DNA of 64,000 nt, taken from Iphione sp. A-MEVVRFRX5 (taxonomy: Eukaryota). The notes under the pieces were generated by a model, which was given only the letters and a program-made list of their open reading frames with translations, did no database searches and had not been told where the DNA came from. This document shows, piece by piece, positions 13,626 to 25,651 of this stretch (its first letter is position 1; every line of letters begins with the position of its first letter). The DNA lies in the NCBI GenBank assembly GCA_976226885.1, contig OZ320313.1:46500001-46564000 (forward strand). Direction: 5' to 3'. Both the position numbers and the translations under genes were made by a program.

Positions 13626-14246
13626 GTGACAGCGACGAACCGCTGGAGTCGGCAAGATTTGAAGGAAATGACAAGGAAACATCGACAGTCACATCACTAA
13701 TGACGTTAAAGAAGGGGGTTGCAGCGCAGGACAGATCATCCACGGGGTCAGGTTCTGCTACGAGTCGGCCATCGGTGTCTACGGTACGAACTGCAACTGG
13801 GGAAAATCCAACAGCCCATGGGCCTGAGGACTCGCATGTCAGATCTGCTACTCTCGAAAGACCAGTCAATACTGGGCCTCAACAAGGGAAGCCGAGATAC
13901 CCTTCTTCGGGCTCATCAGAGGCCAGTGGTCGCGCCACTTCCACTTCCACTTGGTCTCATCCTTCGACAAACCCGACCAATATGACTACCTATACTCAAA
14001 CAATCACGGCCAGAAGCAAAATCACAATTGCTAAAGTGATGGCCATAGCCAACCTATACACAAAGGCCACTCTCATGTCAAAATTTTACACGACTGCCGC
14101 CCAAGCTTCCCATCGGACTGCAAGGACTACGACGACCGAGGTGATGCCCACGTCAGGACTCGTATCTAACAACGAGACTTTCAGCGAGACGCTGCAGAAC
14201 GAGAATTCCTTCAACAGCGAGAGGACACGCAACGCGGAACCTTGGG
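13626..14246 (+). CDS. Gene B, exon 4; Ser/Thr-rich mucin-like stalk
   Basis: Acceptor catttgaaag|; S/T-rich ORF; phase-1 donor TGG G|gtgaga just before the ORF stop at 14282-14284. Confidence 0.75.
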
Positions 14247-14599
14247 GTGAGACCCTTTCCAATGCCATACAGACACAAATGTAGTGATGGACATGTATTT
14301 TCATCTGACAGAACATAGAGTCTACTTACAATTCCTGTCTTTGCAGTCTCCCATGTTTTCTCATGCTAAAGAAATTGTGTGCTGGCTGGGTAAACAAGGC
14401 TCTTTAAGGGCCTTGTGACTGGAATAATGATAGACCGCGGTAGAGACGTTTGATACTTGGAGATTTTGTGAACCCACTGTCGCATGTCAATGCCAAATAA
14501 CATGTTATCTCTAGTGAAATGTTTGATATGCTCCAATTTACATCAATTATATCCTAATAACAAATTATCCTTTCCTTTTATGTCCTTCCACTTTTACAG

Positions 14600-15399
14600 C
14601 CGCTGCCGTCGGAGGTATAATAGCCAGCATCGCAGGGATTCTACTCTTAATCTTAATTGGTATCATGATATGGGAGAAACACAAGAAGAAAAGCGCCCGA
14701 ACTCGTGTTTACGACGAGGTAGCCTTTGGCCAGCACCCGCAATGCATACCCACTCAGAGCGGGCAGAGGCGACCCAAGATCGCCGCGCCGGGAAACAGGG
14801 TTTACGAGAACGTCCAAATTAATGGCGGCTTCTTGCCAGATATTGAAAGCCGCCTTCGGAACTGTTCGCCGAACGGGCGCAGTCTCAGCAACGGCGGCGT
14901 CTCTGCAGGGACGACAACGTCGTTTGGAGACGGAGCGAAGGGGTGTCGTGCAAAGAAAACGTCGGCTCGACAGAAGGACCGACTGGGAGGCGACGGTCAT
15001 AGCCAGCAACTGTCACATGCTGACGATGACGAGCCCGACCAGTCATCTTTAAATAGACCGATACCAGCTAAAAGGCTTAGCCTGTCCTTGACCAGATCAG
15101 TATATCCACCGGGAGCAGACGACGTCTACTATGAGGTAAACGACAACTTGGACGCCGAGTCTATCCCGGCGCCGCCCGAAAGAAACAGCAGTCGTCAAAT
15201 GACGCCGGCATCAAAACAACCTCAACTGAAACCCCCTCTTAAGCCTAAGCCGAAGGTTGGGAGCCTGAAGAAATGGCTTGGGAAAGCCACCAGCCGGCAA
15301 AAAAGAGAAACGACCGAGCCAACTTCGCCCGATGCATTGATTGACGTGCAAATGGTTGACAACGATGTTTACGAGTCTGAAGAAGTTAAAAGGATTTAA
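14600..15399 (+). CDS. Gene B, terminal exon; TM plus cytoplasmic tail
   Basis: Acceptor ccacttttacag|; AAVGGIIASIAGILLLILIGIMIW then EKHKKK, in frame with ORF 14665-15399. Spliced CDS is 2184 nt = 727 aa plus stop. Confidence 0.85.
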
Positions 15400-17918
15400 A
15401 GTCGTGCACCATCCGCTTCGTCTACTCAAGTGAATAGCAGAGCATATGAAAGTTATACCGGAAGGAAATTTATTAAAGACACTTTTGTACATTTGATTTC
15501 CATATCCCCGAACCCATATGCGCTGGTAGCAAAATGCACTTGTTATATATTTTCTAAAAGGCTTATTATCCATAAGATCATATAATCTAACAAAAATGGA
15601 CAGTGAATACGTTTTTGTATAATTCGGTGTTCGGGACCAAATACTGGGTTCAATATACAAGTCCACTCTTGATTCACTGAATGCAACATATCATTATGAA
15701 AATACGAAAACCAGCAAGATTAAGGGACATGCATAACTTCTGTGTATAAATCTGTAACTAAATAAAACCATATATATCCAATATGTGTAACTATAATTCT
15801 TGACGTCATTTGATAAATAAATGCCATCTGTGGCAAATTTTCTCGTACGATTTACTTTACATTTATTAAATTCTGCCAACGTGTAGTTGAAATTCCTAAA
15901 GTTCACACTTCTTGATTAATATATACAGGCATACGTTTAAATGTAATTATCAGCACACACTGACTTACACGTGTGTGCAACATAACAAACAGAAATCTAT
16001 ATTCTAGAACGTGCTGTACATGTACCTCTGTAATCAAGGCTATGCAATTCTTGCTTGGCATGGTAAAATGGCGTTCACGAATTGCAAGCTGCATCGAGGA
16101 TGAATTACAAGATTAGAACTGACATTTCCCTCTCAGCGTTATATGAGTAACATTTGGAGGATGCTCGTATGCCCGGCTCCCTTTTATTACCACGCACATA
16201 GTAGCTACTAATATTGCCGCTACGGGAATTGATTGGCCTCCATGACCCGCGTGCTTCGACCTCCGACTCACCAAACGCACCAGAAGGGACTGTATGTGAT
16301 TCATTAGCTTTGACGGGGGAAAGAAAAACAAAATCGGAAAGTGCCTACCTTGCTTCTGGCTGTAATCATAATATTTTTTCTCTAGAGCTACTAGTTTTCC
16401 TTGCATAAAGCAGCTTCTCCATCGTTTTTTATGCTTTAGGCCAAGGAGCTCCAAGGCAATCGTGTCATTTTAAAAAAGTGAAATGTTAAAAGAACGACTG
16501 ATTCCCTTACTCTGTAACAAGTCTGATTCGGAAGGGAATTAAATTGAAAGTGAGGCCGTGATTAAAATAATACTTGACTGACTGAACAGGAAAGTTTCTT
16601 GTGTCAGACGAGATGAAGGAGGAGCGGTCAAAACTCACTGGAGGGCAGCACATACTTAATGTCATTACGTTCATCGTTACCAACAGGCGTCGTTGATGGC
16701 TGCTATGCAAAATCCACGGGGCAGGAAACGAGTGAGAAAACAACTTTTTAGAAAGGTCCCTTCTTTACCCTTCAGTGCTAATCAACCGATGTGTTTCTAG
16801 TAAAAGCACACAGACAAGAGCGGTAATTCAAAGGAGAAAAATAAAAAAACAGTGGATACACAAAACTACCCTCTTTACAAGAATATGAAGAATGGGCTTC
16901 ACGATACCTGGGTGTGTAGAAGAAATAATTTGAGCAAAATGTACTAATTATTGGTTAACGGAACCACGAAAAGAGACTTTATCAGAAAGACACTATCATT
17001 ACTACGTTTTCGTAATAGTTGGAAAAGATAACTTTCACGTTAAGCACGTGGTGGTATTAGCACAGCGCTGACAAGATATTACTTTAATAAAAGAGGGAAG
17101 ATGAGAACTGAACTTTCGAATGCAATTGTGTGAAAACAACTCGAGGTACCGACAGGAAGGGTGCTTTCTTGTTTTGGTCTTTTTCTTTCTTTTTTTAAGT
17201 GACGCGAGAACAGGTTTCGAGTTAATCATTCAAAGTAAAATAATCGCGTGGGTTAGGGGCGTTTCTGAATGAGTTGACTGGTACATATTAAAAAAACAAA
17301 GATTAATCTGAGTTATTAGCATTTTATCCCCGCCCCTAAGAAAACAAGGAATACAAATCTTTCATACAACCGACCGGAAAGCGGGAACAGCATGTCATAG
17401 CTGATTGCGCAAACGCTGTCGAGGCCAAATCCAGATTTGTTCATGTCAATCAGAATGTGTCTCATCAGCCGGGGAATAAGTCTGTCCGAGTTTCTCTATG
17501 CATAAATGGACATTTTATGCATAAAAAATGATAAAACCCAAGGGCTTTCTCTTGTCTCAGGAAGATAATTTCAGAACCTACACTTGTACTACATGTTAAA
17601 CAAGGAATAATCATCCCTCCTCGTGGGGTGCAACAGATTCACCTTTTCACATTATTTAATGATCAGTACAAGTAGGCAGGGCGGGACCTGGACGGGGTTA
17701 GTTTTTGTTTTGAGAGGTTAAATCTATCCATGGTGAGTGTATGTAGAAGTGACCATTCGCTAATAAAAAGCTTGGCCAGACATCACATGCGGGATCTATA
17801 AAAGGATCAAATCACCCGACCTCCTTCCTTTATATCGGTAGCCACGAGACTGACTGGCTAAGCCAAAGGACGTGATGTTTTCGTCAAAGAACACAAAGCA
17901 ACCATTACAGAAATGATT

Positions 17919-17919
<1 letters not shown>

Positions 17920-17970
<51 letters not shown>

Positions 17971-18014
17971 CGTAGTAGTCGTCGTCGTAGAAGTAGAAGT
18001 AGTAGTATAGTAGT
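17920..18014. repeat. (AGT)n microsatellite
   Basis: Long agt run with a few cgt/aga variants. Confidence 0.95.
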
Positions 18015-18423
18015 GCTTATCATTGATTTTACATTCGAAAGACAGTAGAAGAAGGTGATAGAAACGTTACAAAATCCTTAAAAACTTTGTAACCTTAAAT
18101 TCATAAACAACGTACATATATAAAAGGAGTGACCAAGTGTGATCACATTATGTGAAGATCAAGGCAAAGGGAAATTCTGTAAAACATAAATGAACATAGA
18201 TTTCATCATATTCAGGAATAATGTTCATACAAAAGCGCCCCCAAATGATTCTCATTGTCATATGCATGATAGTTTTATTATTTTCTCTTTATATAATGTT
18301 GCTACTTTGTAAATATCACATATAGGTAAATAATGAAATTTACATTTCTATATTATTCCAACTCATACACAAATGAAGACTTTCACTGAAGGTAACTAAA
18401 ATGGATTTGTTCAATCTCTTGCA

Positions 18424-18770
18424 ANNNNNNNNNNNNNNNNNNNNNNNNNNNNNNNNNNNNNNNNNNNNNNNNNNNNNNNNNNNNNNNNNNNNNNNNNNNN
18501 NNNNNNNNNNNNNNNNNNNNNNNNNNNNNNNNNNNNNNNNNNNNNNNNNNNNNNNNNNNNNNNNNNNNNNNNNNNNNNNNNNNNNNNNNNNNNNNNNNNN
18601 NNNNNNNNNNNNNNNNNNNNNNNNNNNNNNNNNNNNNNNNNNNNNNNNNNNNNNNNNNNNNNNNNNNNNNNNNNNNNNNNNNNNNNNNNNNNNNNNNNNN
18701 NNNNNNNNNNNNNNNNNNNNNNNNNNNNNNNNNNNNNNNNNNNNNNNNNNNNNNNNNNNNNNNNNNNNNN
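18424..18770. other. Assembly gap
   Basis: N run. Confidence 0.99.
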
Positions 18771-20592
18771 AATCTACGGCTCCTTACCTAAGTCCATTTA
18801 GTAAAGACATTGGAGCTTATACAGTACACAGATGCGTTGACCAACCTTTACGGGAATCATTTATTTCCCGTTTTTGAAGCAAACATACTCAATATTCCCA
18901 AGGTCACTTTACTGCATCTAACAGGCAGGTGGTCACCTCTTCATGCTGGCCTTTATGAAGGATAGTCCCTTTATGAACACCTGTTATAATAATGTGCCTG
19001 ATAAATTAGGCTCATTTCTCGTATCTCCTTTCCGGATAAACTGACTAGCAAATAAACGGGTATCAATTTACTGGACGGCCTACTATTCTGGGCGCCCTGC
19101 CAAAGGCTGACAGCAATCTGACACTAGCAGGGCTAGTGTACATGTAAGCCTTACTATCCGAAGGACCGGCCATCATAATATATACACCTCCCCGAATCCA
19201 CACGATTTCTTGCAAACAATGCGATCATATCATTCTTATTATTGTTATTAAAAATCTTTGAAACTCATAACCTCAAGCTGACACGAAGGAAGATGTCATT
19301 ATTATCGCTACTCTTATTCCAGAAAAGAAAATCCTACACCACTTACAAATTATGACAACGTAATTCCCAATAAGCCAATACACTACAGAGTGCAGCAGGT
19401 TCACTGTTGCCAGACGTCCATAACGTATACCTTCAGTTCTCTATCACGCTTTAAATCTTAAGTTCTCACTGACAAATTTTGCATACTACCTCAGCTGTAT
19501 TGTGATGATGCGGTTTGAAATGGACAGTGAAAGAAATGTTTCTTCTTCTGATTTCTCAGATTAAAAACAGTGAAAAAAGTTACCTCAAGGCTACACGGTA
19601 AATGTAAGTGTAAGGAACAGATGGCAATCAGCTGTTAAGTACTGTTTTAAAAAAGTGAATATCTGAGATGTAATTTCTTACAGAATATCTTTCACGCCTC
19701 CTTTTCTTGCGGTACTGGACGTAACCATGACTAAGCTCTGCAGGGCCTGAGATTGCTTCAAAGATATGCTCGGTATGGAAACTTCGAGGGAAGGAATTTC
19801 GAAGTAATGAATAAAAATCAATAAACGTTAGAATTTTATACAGCTATCATTAAGGGCACGACATGCTCGAAACAACATGCGACCACCAGCTGTTGACAGC
19901 TGAGCACATTCCGTCGTCGACCTTGAAATGACCTGAGCGTACGTGGCCAGCCCCCCCAGCTGTGACTATCTTGTTTACCCATCCGCCTGGCCACCCATCC
20001 AGACTGTCGCAGAGCTTTCACCTGGTGACGGCTCGCTGGCGCCGGTCGGCCACAATAGGCCGGATGGGCCCAGATTATCTCGCGCCGCCTTGAGCCGGCC
20101 GAAACGCGGAGAATCTGAGGCAGGACTGAGTAAAGTCACCCATCGAATGTAGACCGCAAATTAACAGAAGACATTGGCGAGGAGAGGCAGGCGAAGTGGC
20201 ATGGATGGAATATGCGATTTCAATATCTCGGCATTCAGTCATGAATATTAGAATGTACTGCTGTCATAAGTTCATCTAATTCATCATTTTTCATGCACAT
20301 CGACATTCACTTCTCTGGTGAAATCAACAGTGGGTTTAAACTTAACTTAAGGACTTAAAACTCAACTGTAAAGGAAATTTTCTTATGGACAACTACTGCG
20401 GCGCCACATGGATGTTAGATACACGAGACGGAACAATGCCTCGTAAAACTGCGGGCGGTTTAGCTGAGTAAATCAACTGTCAATAAGCACAAGCGCGATG
20501 GCTTACATGAAATATCTCACGGACTGTTATGATCTTCTCGAGATTACGTAGAGCAACGTAGACCTCAACCTAACCTATGAGACAGAGACACC

Positions 20593-21022
20593 ATGGCCAC
20601 GCGCAACCGGCGCCATCGAGCTCACAGGATGCGGCCCCAAGGGCAGGTCGTGTTCGCAACGCCCCGCAACGACAGAGGCAGTTTGCTCGGGCTGGTCCCC
20701 CTGATGTTGATCCTCAGTTTGGCCGGCCACACGATCGACACCAGCGAAGTGGCCGTCATGCACTACGGCCACTTCGGGGGTCTCAGCCTGACGTGTAAGC
20801 GCGACGAGCTGATTCTCATGGACTCGGAGGTGCTCGGCTACTCGACCAACCGTGGCTGCGCCCCTCAGCCGCTGTGCTCAGTGCCCTACACGCTTGCCAA
20901 GTGGTACTGCCGCGGCAAGAGCACTTGTGGAGGTATGCAGGTGGAGCGGCGTCCTCTACACAAACGCACTTGCGGCTCCGAGTTCACCAACTGCCTGCGA
21001 GTGGAGTATCAGTGCGTGCCTA
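20593..21022 (+). CDS. Gene C, exon 1; signal peptide plus divergent SUEL/Gal-lectin domain
   Basis: Hydrophobic SLLGLVPLMLILSLAG followed by LSLTC..LGYS..GC..LC..YCRGKSTC..TC..NCLRVEYQC; phase-1 donor A|gtgagt. The start ATG could be 20593 or 20629. Confidence 0.85.
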
Positions 21023-21876
21023 GTGAGTAGACTCTGTTATTATTTCTCTATATTATAAGAATATCAAGAGTGGGAGTGACTTTGTATGGCTTAGTCACGA
21101 TATTATGTTCACGAGCTAACCCCTAAGGTTCCTACAATAAATATGTGAATACCTGTACAGGCATATTCACGTCATGTGGCAATGCACGTTTCACTATGAG
21201 AGATCAAAATTTGTAATAACTTGGTGTCGCAATTTTATATGAACCAGGAGCAAACTGTATCGCTTCCTTTAATTAAAAAAAAACAGTAGCAAATGAAAGG
21301 GTTCTGCCAATAACCTTTTAATGTGTCGTTTGAAAACGATGTGAACTTTGGAGCAGATGGAAATCAAATTCTCAACGATCAAAAAATGTTTGTTCAAAAT
21401 GCAAATGGTCCTAAATTACTGTGATTCATAGCAACAGCAGTCTGCTCGGAACTTGAAGTACTCCCTTAGATGTTTCCCATTTGCTCCACATGACCTCTAC
21501 ATAATGCCCATTTTTGAAACTGATACTGAAACTGACACAATATTGATTTCATGAAGGGACAGTAAGCTCTGAAACCACAACGCTATTTTCTGGATTCCAA
21601 AAGTCTAGTCTATCAAATGGAAATACTATCGTCACAAGTATACATGTGCCACCAGGCATGAGTTCAATGACTTAACGATTCAATGTGGAAACACGTGTAC
21701 TTGCACGCCAATTCAACGGGGAATCTTACCTGGCAAATGTAGGTCAGTGCAGTTCTCGAGTGGTTTGAAATTATTGAGTGTCTCGACAACGACATCATAA
21801 AAAAATGAGTTATGCCTTAAAAAACAACAAAACTGCAAAGCATCATTTCAGTTTCAAATCTTCCGGTCGGTTTTAG

Positions 21877-22278
21877 CGTCCAAGTTGACCGACGTGTGCA
21901 CCGATACGGTCTACGAGGCGGCCGCCGGTTACATCAGCTCGCCCTCCTTCCCGGAAATGTACCCACCCGACCGGAACTGCACGTGCGTCCTGAGCGCGCC
22001 CTCTGGTGGCCACGTGCAGATCGACACCGCCTTCTTCCTGCTCAAGTCGACACGGCCATGTCGTGACTGGCTGCGCGTCACCGTCGACGATGCTGACGGT
22101 GACGGTCGGGGCGGCGTACGCGGTGCTAATGGAGCGAGCGGCGGCGGCGGCGGCGGCGACCCGGCGGCGCGTTGCGGCTACGTGCCGGAGCAGCGGCGCT
22201 TTATCGGCCGTCACGTCAACCTTAATTTCGTGTCGGACTCGCACGGTACAGAAATGGGATTCTGGCTGCGGTTCTCTG
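21877..22278 (+). CDS. Gene C, exon 2; CUB domain with Gly-rich insertion
   Basis: Acceptor ggttttag| and donor G|gtaaga; DVC...GYISSPSFPEMYPPDRNCTC...DWL...LNFVSD...GFWLRFS. Confidence 0.9.
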
Positions 22279-22505
22279 GTAAGAGCAACGTAGGTAAAAA
22301 CCGCCGCCTTTAAGACTACGCGCCGCACATTTCCGACAGGGAAAGTGCCTTCCTAAATGGTTTTAGAAAATTGATGTGAATGGATTTTTAACTGCTCATT
22401 CTTCTACGGTGCCATCTAGTCTGTCAAGTTCACCTGCCACTGTATGAAGACGATAATACGAACCACTAAGAATAATCCCTGAGTTTCATTTCATTTTATT
22501 TTCAG

Positions 22506-24941
22506 GAACGAGTGGCGATGCCGTCAAGATTAGATGCGGGAGGTATGTTAACACAGACGACAGCGTGACACCATTTCCAAAAACACTACGTCCGCCGACA
22601 AGTGGTCGATATAGGCGGTCATCTATGAAACCCTTCACGACAACTCCTGCGACAACGACGACTCAAGCGGAAGGAGCTTCACCCGACATTAGTGCGCCAT
22701 CATACGAGCCAATTTCTGGGGAAACGGAATCTACGAACTCGCGATTGAACGGCACGAGACCTGCTAAAGTGGCAGCTACCGTCCGGAAAACTACACGACC
22801 AGATACCCGTCACTACACAGCCAGTAATACAAGGGGGAAGTTATCATCCAGGAAGAGCACCACCGCGTTTTATGGCGGCAACAAGTTCCCTGGCGTTTCA
22901 ACGGCTGCTGAACCACCAAGTCCAACAGCAGTAACTCCTGATGAACGCCTCACCAGCCCAGATCCTCCTCTAACGAGTACATACTGGCCAGCCATTGCCA
23001 TTACACAGCGGACGGGACTGTCGCTTGATGATGAACTACTGACTACCGATGCAAACAGGGTTCTTGTGAAGGACAAGAGTACAGATACGACAGAAGACGA
23101 TGATATTCCAAATGTTTATCCCCCAAATGATGAAACCGAGATGTCTGCGCCTGTAGAGACTCGGAATGGTGATCCATTGGCTGGTCAAGAGAGCAGCAGT
23201 GAAGTTGGCAAACAGAGCGGGCAGAACCTTAATGAAGACAAAGAAGTCGGCTTCCCTTCAAGCAGTAGGGCAAGCGTAATAGGGACAGGCTATGAAGAAA
23301 TCAGTAATGACCTTCGACACAACGCTGTAGTAGAACTGAATTACGAGCAAGATGAACAGGAAAAGAAGGAAGAAGAGAACAATATGATAGAAGTAAACTT
23401 CATTGATTATGAATCGTATACCGAGGCTGTTCCGCCCTTTGAGGAATATACCAAAAGAGTACCTTCTACAATTTTCAACACAGACGAGAAGATGAGATTG
23501 CTGAAGAACAGTGATTTTGACCGGATTTCGGAGGGAAAGAGCTTTTGGACCAGCTCGGAATACGTGGATCTTGACGCCGACTACGACAAGGAGTACCTGG
23601 TGGGTGAGGACGCCCTGACGCCCATTGTCATGACAACCCCACCAGCTGCAATACCCACGCGAACATCGAGTCAGGCACCACTTCCGGAAATGCCGATGGC
23701 GGCGGCGACGACGGCGACAACCGTTTCGATGACGAAGACGACGGCGAGGGCGAAGACAACGGCGACGACGACGACGGACGAGCCTTTAATTCATTTTGTG
23801 CATGCGGAGGTAACTACCAATGAACCTTCGAGAGAGGTTGGTGGCGCGACAGTAACGAACAGACCACTCAAACCGCTCGACTTAATGGACTCTGGCATTG
23901 AGGAGGCTCTGCCCGAGCCAGCGGAAGGAACAACGCTACTAGATATATTATCGCCATCACTAGACGACATGGCCACAGAAACTGACGTTGCAGTTAAAGG
24001 TCAATGGGAAGGACGGGCAGGGCCACTGAGTGAACGACACGAGGAGAGTCATGTTCTACCAGGCGACCGAGTAGCACCGACACAGTCAGGGGAACACGTC
24101 ACCCGACAAGGCAAGAGGAATGACTTTAAAGACACACCGATGGATAACGATATATCCGAGAAGCACACTACAGACCATCGTTTATTTTCGCCATCAGAGG
24201 GGTCTAATAGCAGGCTGGGACCTCTGGATAATAGGATCCCTGCCGCTCCGATCGGTGAGGAAGCTTGGGTCGAAGAGCGCGACTTTTCGTTAGAAACAGA
24301 TATGGAAAGAGATTACCAGTTGCATCCAACAGGTATTCATGACTGGCGACTCACACTGTCCAGAGCCGGCTTTTCCTACTCCGAAATAACGACAGACAGA
24401 ATGAAAGCCAGCAGCACACCCGACGAACTGCTGCACTACGTTTACTCGGGCCGGCCGGCCGGCACACGCCCGTCCATTGCCACCGGAGAGTTCCAGCCAG
24501 GTGGCGACATTATCTCATTGATAGACGAGCAGGATCTGACAACAACGCCAATGACAACCGCTAAGTCGACGACAACCACTACTACGCAGCCCCCGGAGAT
24601 TGTGACACTGTTCGGCCGCTTGGCTCCTGACCGGCCAATCAACACTCTGGGCCAGAAACCGGCCGTGCTGCTTCCTGCCAGGCGCCTGACCCGACCTCAC
24701 CCTGTCAGCACCCGTCGGCCACCCACCGACATGCGCACTATGATCGTCGCTCCCCCGGACATGGTATGGGAATATGGGGAAACACCCTGGAGGAATCTTG
24801 GCCTCAATACAAGCTGGATCCCACCTCCTCCAGAAACAACAAATGAGCTTGCCCCTTGGGACGAGCAACCACAAGACAAGGTATCCTTAACGAATCCTGC
24901 CGCTGTCAAAGCAAAAACCGCAAATAAGGATTTGATGTGGG
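22506..24941 (+). CDS. Gene C, exon 3; 812-codon Thr/Pro/acidic mucin-like stalk
   Basis: Acceptor ttttattttcag|, in frame with the 800-aa ORF; phase-1 donor TGG G|gtgcgt at 24941/24942 matches the TM exon. Confidence 0.8.
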
Positions 24942-25389
24942 GTGCGTATACATTGAATTCTACCTAGGTTGAAGTCCCACACTACTCATTAGCAAACCTG
25001 TGGGAGGGCACCAGTGTAAAAACACGCAGAAGCAACCTAGCTATGCACTAGACAATGCTTGTCTATCCCCCAGTTCGGTCTCAGTAGGCAACATTTACAT
25101 AGAGGGTTAAATGTGATTTATTCTCAGAAATCATGATCTCTCTCAAAGTTGGATCCCCTCTGTGATACGGTCTTCAACTGGGTCCTTACTCTAGACCCAT
25201 TCAATTTCCGTTTCATAAACATCAACGTTAGCTGACTAGTAAATTTACAGCCCGAATTCTTTGTGTCTTTTATACAGGCATGTCTTTTAACAGTCACTGA
25301 TTTGTGACAAGTATAAAGACATGCAAAGAACAATACTTACACGTCTCATCACACAATGATGGTATGCTAACATTATCTTCTTTTTACAG

Positions 25390-25462
25390 TTCTCATAGTA
25401 ATTGCGATAGTACTCTGGGTTGTCTTCGTTGCTTTGCTCGCGCTACTCATTTATCACAGAAG
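25390..25462 (+). CDS. Gene C, exon 4; transmembrane helix
   Basis: Acceptor tctttttacag| and donor AG|gtaagc; encodes VLIVIAIVLWVVFVALLALLIYHRR; phase 1 in, phase 2 out. Confidence 0.85.
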
Positions 25463-25651
25463 GTAAGCGTTATAAGATCACCCTTTCCAATTTCCCCCCT
25501 TTCAAAGGTCATTAAGATGATGTAATTTTGAGGAAAGGAGTCCTTTGAACTAATCCCCTAATTCACTTCGTTACAATATAGATTGCATTCATCAGAAAGA
25601 AGCCATCTCATGTTCCTTCGAGTTACAATAATTTTTATCATTTCTTTTCAG

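Noticed and set aside
19395-19450. RYGRLA on the - strand as a possible ASCC3 YGRIA exon
   Set aside because: Flanking residues do not match (no SYYYL), and the frame and splice context are unsupportive.
21725-21740. atcttacctggca resembling the U1 snRNA 5' end
   Set aside because: Similarity stops after ~13 nt with no U1 stem-loops or Sm site; it is simply the complement of a donor-like sequence.
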